DNA of 64,000 nucleotides from Bacteroidales bacterium. GTDB lineage: Bacteria; Bacteroidota; Bacteroidia; Bacteroidales; JAADGE01. Within the stretch, counting starts at the first letter, position 1. Each line of letters starts with the position of its first letter. Positions 63,148-64,000 of the stretch are shown here, piece by piece. Location of the stretch: assembly GCA_021648725.1 (NCBI GenBank), contig JAKISF010000005.1, positions 12,375 through 76,374 of the forward strand, written 5' to 3'. Under the pieces are notes generated by a model. The model searched no databases, had not been told where the DNA came from, and worked only from the letters and a program-made list of their open reading frames with translations. The position numbers and the translations under genes were made by a program.

Positions 63148-64000
63148 TGAAATTAAAAACTTTATTCATATTAGTCATTGTTTTAGTGATTAGTTTTTCT
63201 GTAAATCTTACAGCAAACACCATATTGATTCCTATGGATGAAAGCCAAAAAGACCACTTAAAAGCATACGGAATAACATACTGGGTTTTGGAAAACGGAT
63301 TAGAAGCAAATTGGTTGCTGAATTACAGAGGAGGAAGCTTCAGCTTTGATTATGTAAAAGATATTGCAGATGAATGTACTATAAGAGGTGTAAGTTTTGA
63401 GATAGTCAGTGATGCCGAGATTTCTATTATTTATAACAGAATAGCAAGTCCGGAAGTAAATCAAGATAAAATTAAGTTAGAAAAACCCCCTAAAATTGCG
63501 GTTTATTCTCCCGACGGAAAACAGCCTTGGGATGATGCGGTTACATTAGTTTTAGCTTATGCCGAAATTCCGTACGACAGAATATACGATAAAGAAATTG
63601 TAAACGGAGAACTTTCAAAATATGACTGGTTACATCTTCATCATGAAGATTTTACGGGACAATACGGTAAATTTTACGGTGCATATCGACATGCTCCCTG
63701 GTATAAGGAAGCACAAAAGAAAGCGGAAGCAGATGCGGCAACATTAGGGTTTAATAAAGTATCAAAATTAAAATTATTTGTTGCAAAACGAATTAAAGAA
63801 TATGTTTTCAGCGGCGGATTTTTATTTGCAATGTGCTCGGCAACAGATTCGTATGACATTTCCCTCGCAGCAGAAAATACAGATATTTGCGAAACTATGT
63901 TTGACGGAGATTCCGCCGACCCTAATTGTCAAAAAAAACTTGATTATTCAAAAACATTAGCATTTAAAGACTTTACTTTGGTTAAAAATCCTTTTGAATA
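63148..64000 (+). CDS. Secreted conserved hypothetical protein (partial; runs off the right edge)
   Basis: Not in the track because there is no stop in the window. My translation from the ATG at 63148 gives MKLKTLFILVIVLVISFSVNLTANTILIPMDESQKDHLKAYGITYWVLENG...GGFLFAMCSATDSYD... It has a signal peptide, and I cannot assign a family with confidence. Confidence 0.45.

Noticed and set aside
1-64000. CRISPR arrays, rRNA genes, integrases/transposases, prophage genes
   Set aside because: Reading through all intergenic regions, I saw no regularly spaced direct repeats and no rRNA-like conserved blocks. None of the ORFs shows recombinase or phage-structural signatures.

Overview
The window is about 30% GC by spot counts and looks like Bacteroidota chromosome. 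Supporting signs are T9SS C-terminal sorting domains, a SprE/PorW-like lipoprotein, many Cys-lipobox lipoproteins, TAnnTTTG promoter boxes and almost no Shine-Dalgarno sites. Most of it is core housekeeping: tsaC, tRNA-His, recJ, DPP-IV, a carboxyltransferase, tatA, rseP, dxr, ispE, accA and dnaB. Five stretches stand out.

- **14.7-22.8 kb:** an apparent extracellular nucleic-acid scavenging locus. It holds T9SS-secreted nucleases, a TonB-dependent receptor and two OB-fold-like surface lipoproteins.
- **26.0-29.3 kb:** an extreme low-complexity lipoprotein with acidic, Tyr/Gly-rich, Asn/Arg/Thr-rich and Ser/Arg-rich modules. It has atypical expression signals and sits next to a FadL/PorV-like barrel.
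- **33.8-37.3 kb:** a compositionally foreign segment (about 40-45% GC). It carries a three-gene module (LicC-like nucleotidyltransferase, HisC/CobD-like PLP enzyme, CDP-alcohol phosphatidyltransferase). A truncated AAA+ ATPase and an Rhs/YD-repeat remnant follow it.
- **41.6-54.1 kb:** an envelope-modification cluster. It contains an Omp85-type barrel fused to a TolB-like propeller, two GT2 plus GT-C pairs with an MprF-type flippase-like protein, and an MBOAT plus SGNH-like pair that has a paralogous copy at 31.1-33.6 kb.
- **3.3-3.56 kb:** a roughly 260-nt intergenic element closed by a 22-bp helix, beside a small membrane ORF interrupted by an in-frame TGA.

I found no CRISPR array, rRNA, intact transposase or integrase, or recognisable intact defence system. 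All family calls come from motif recognition by eye and from memory. No database search was run.
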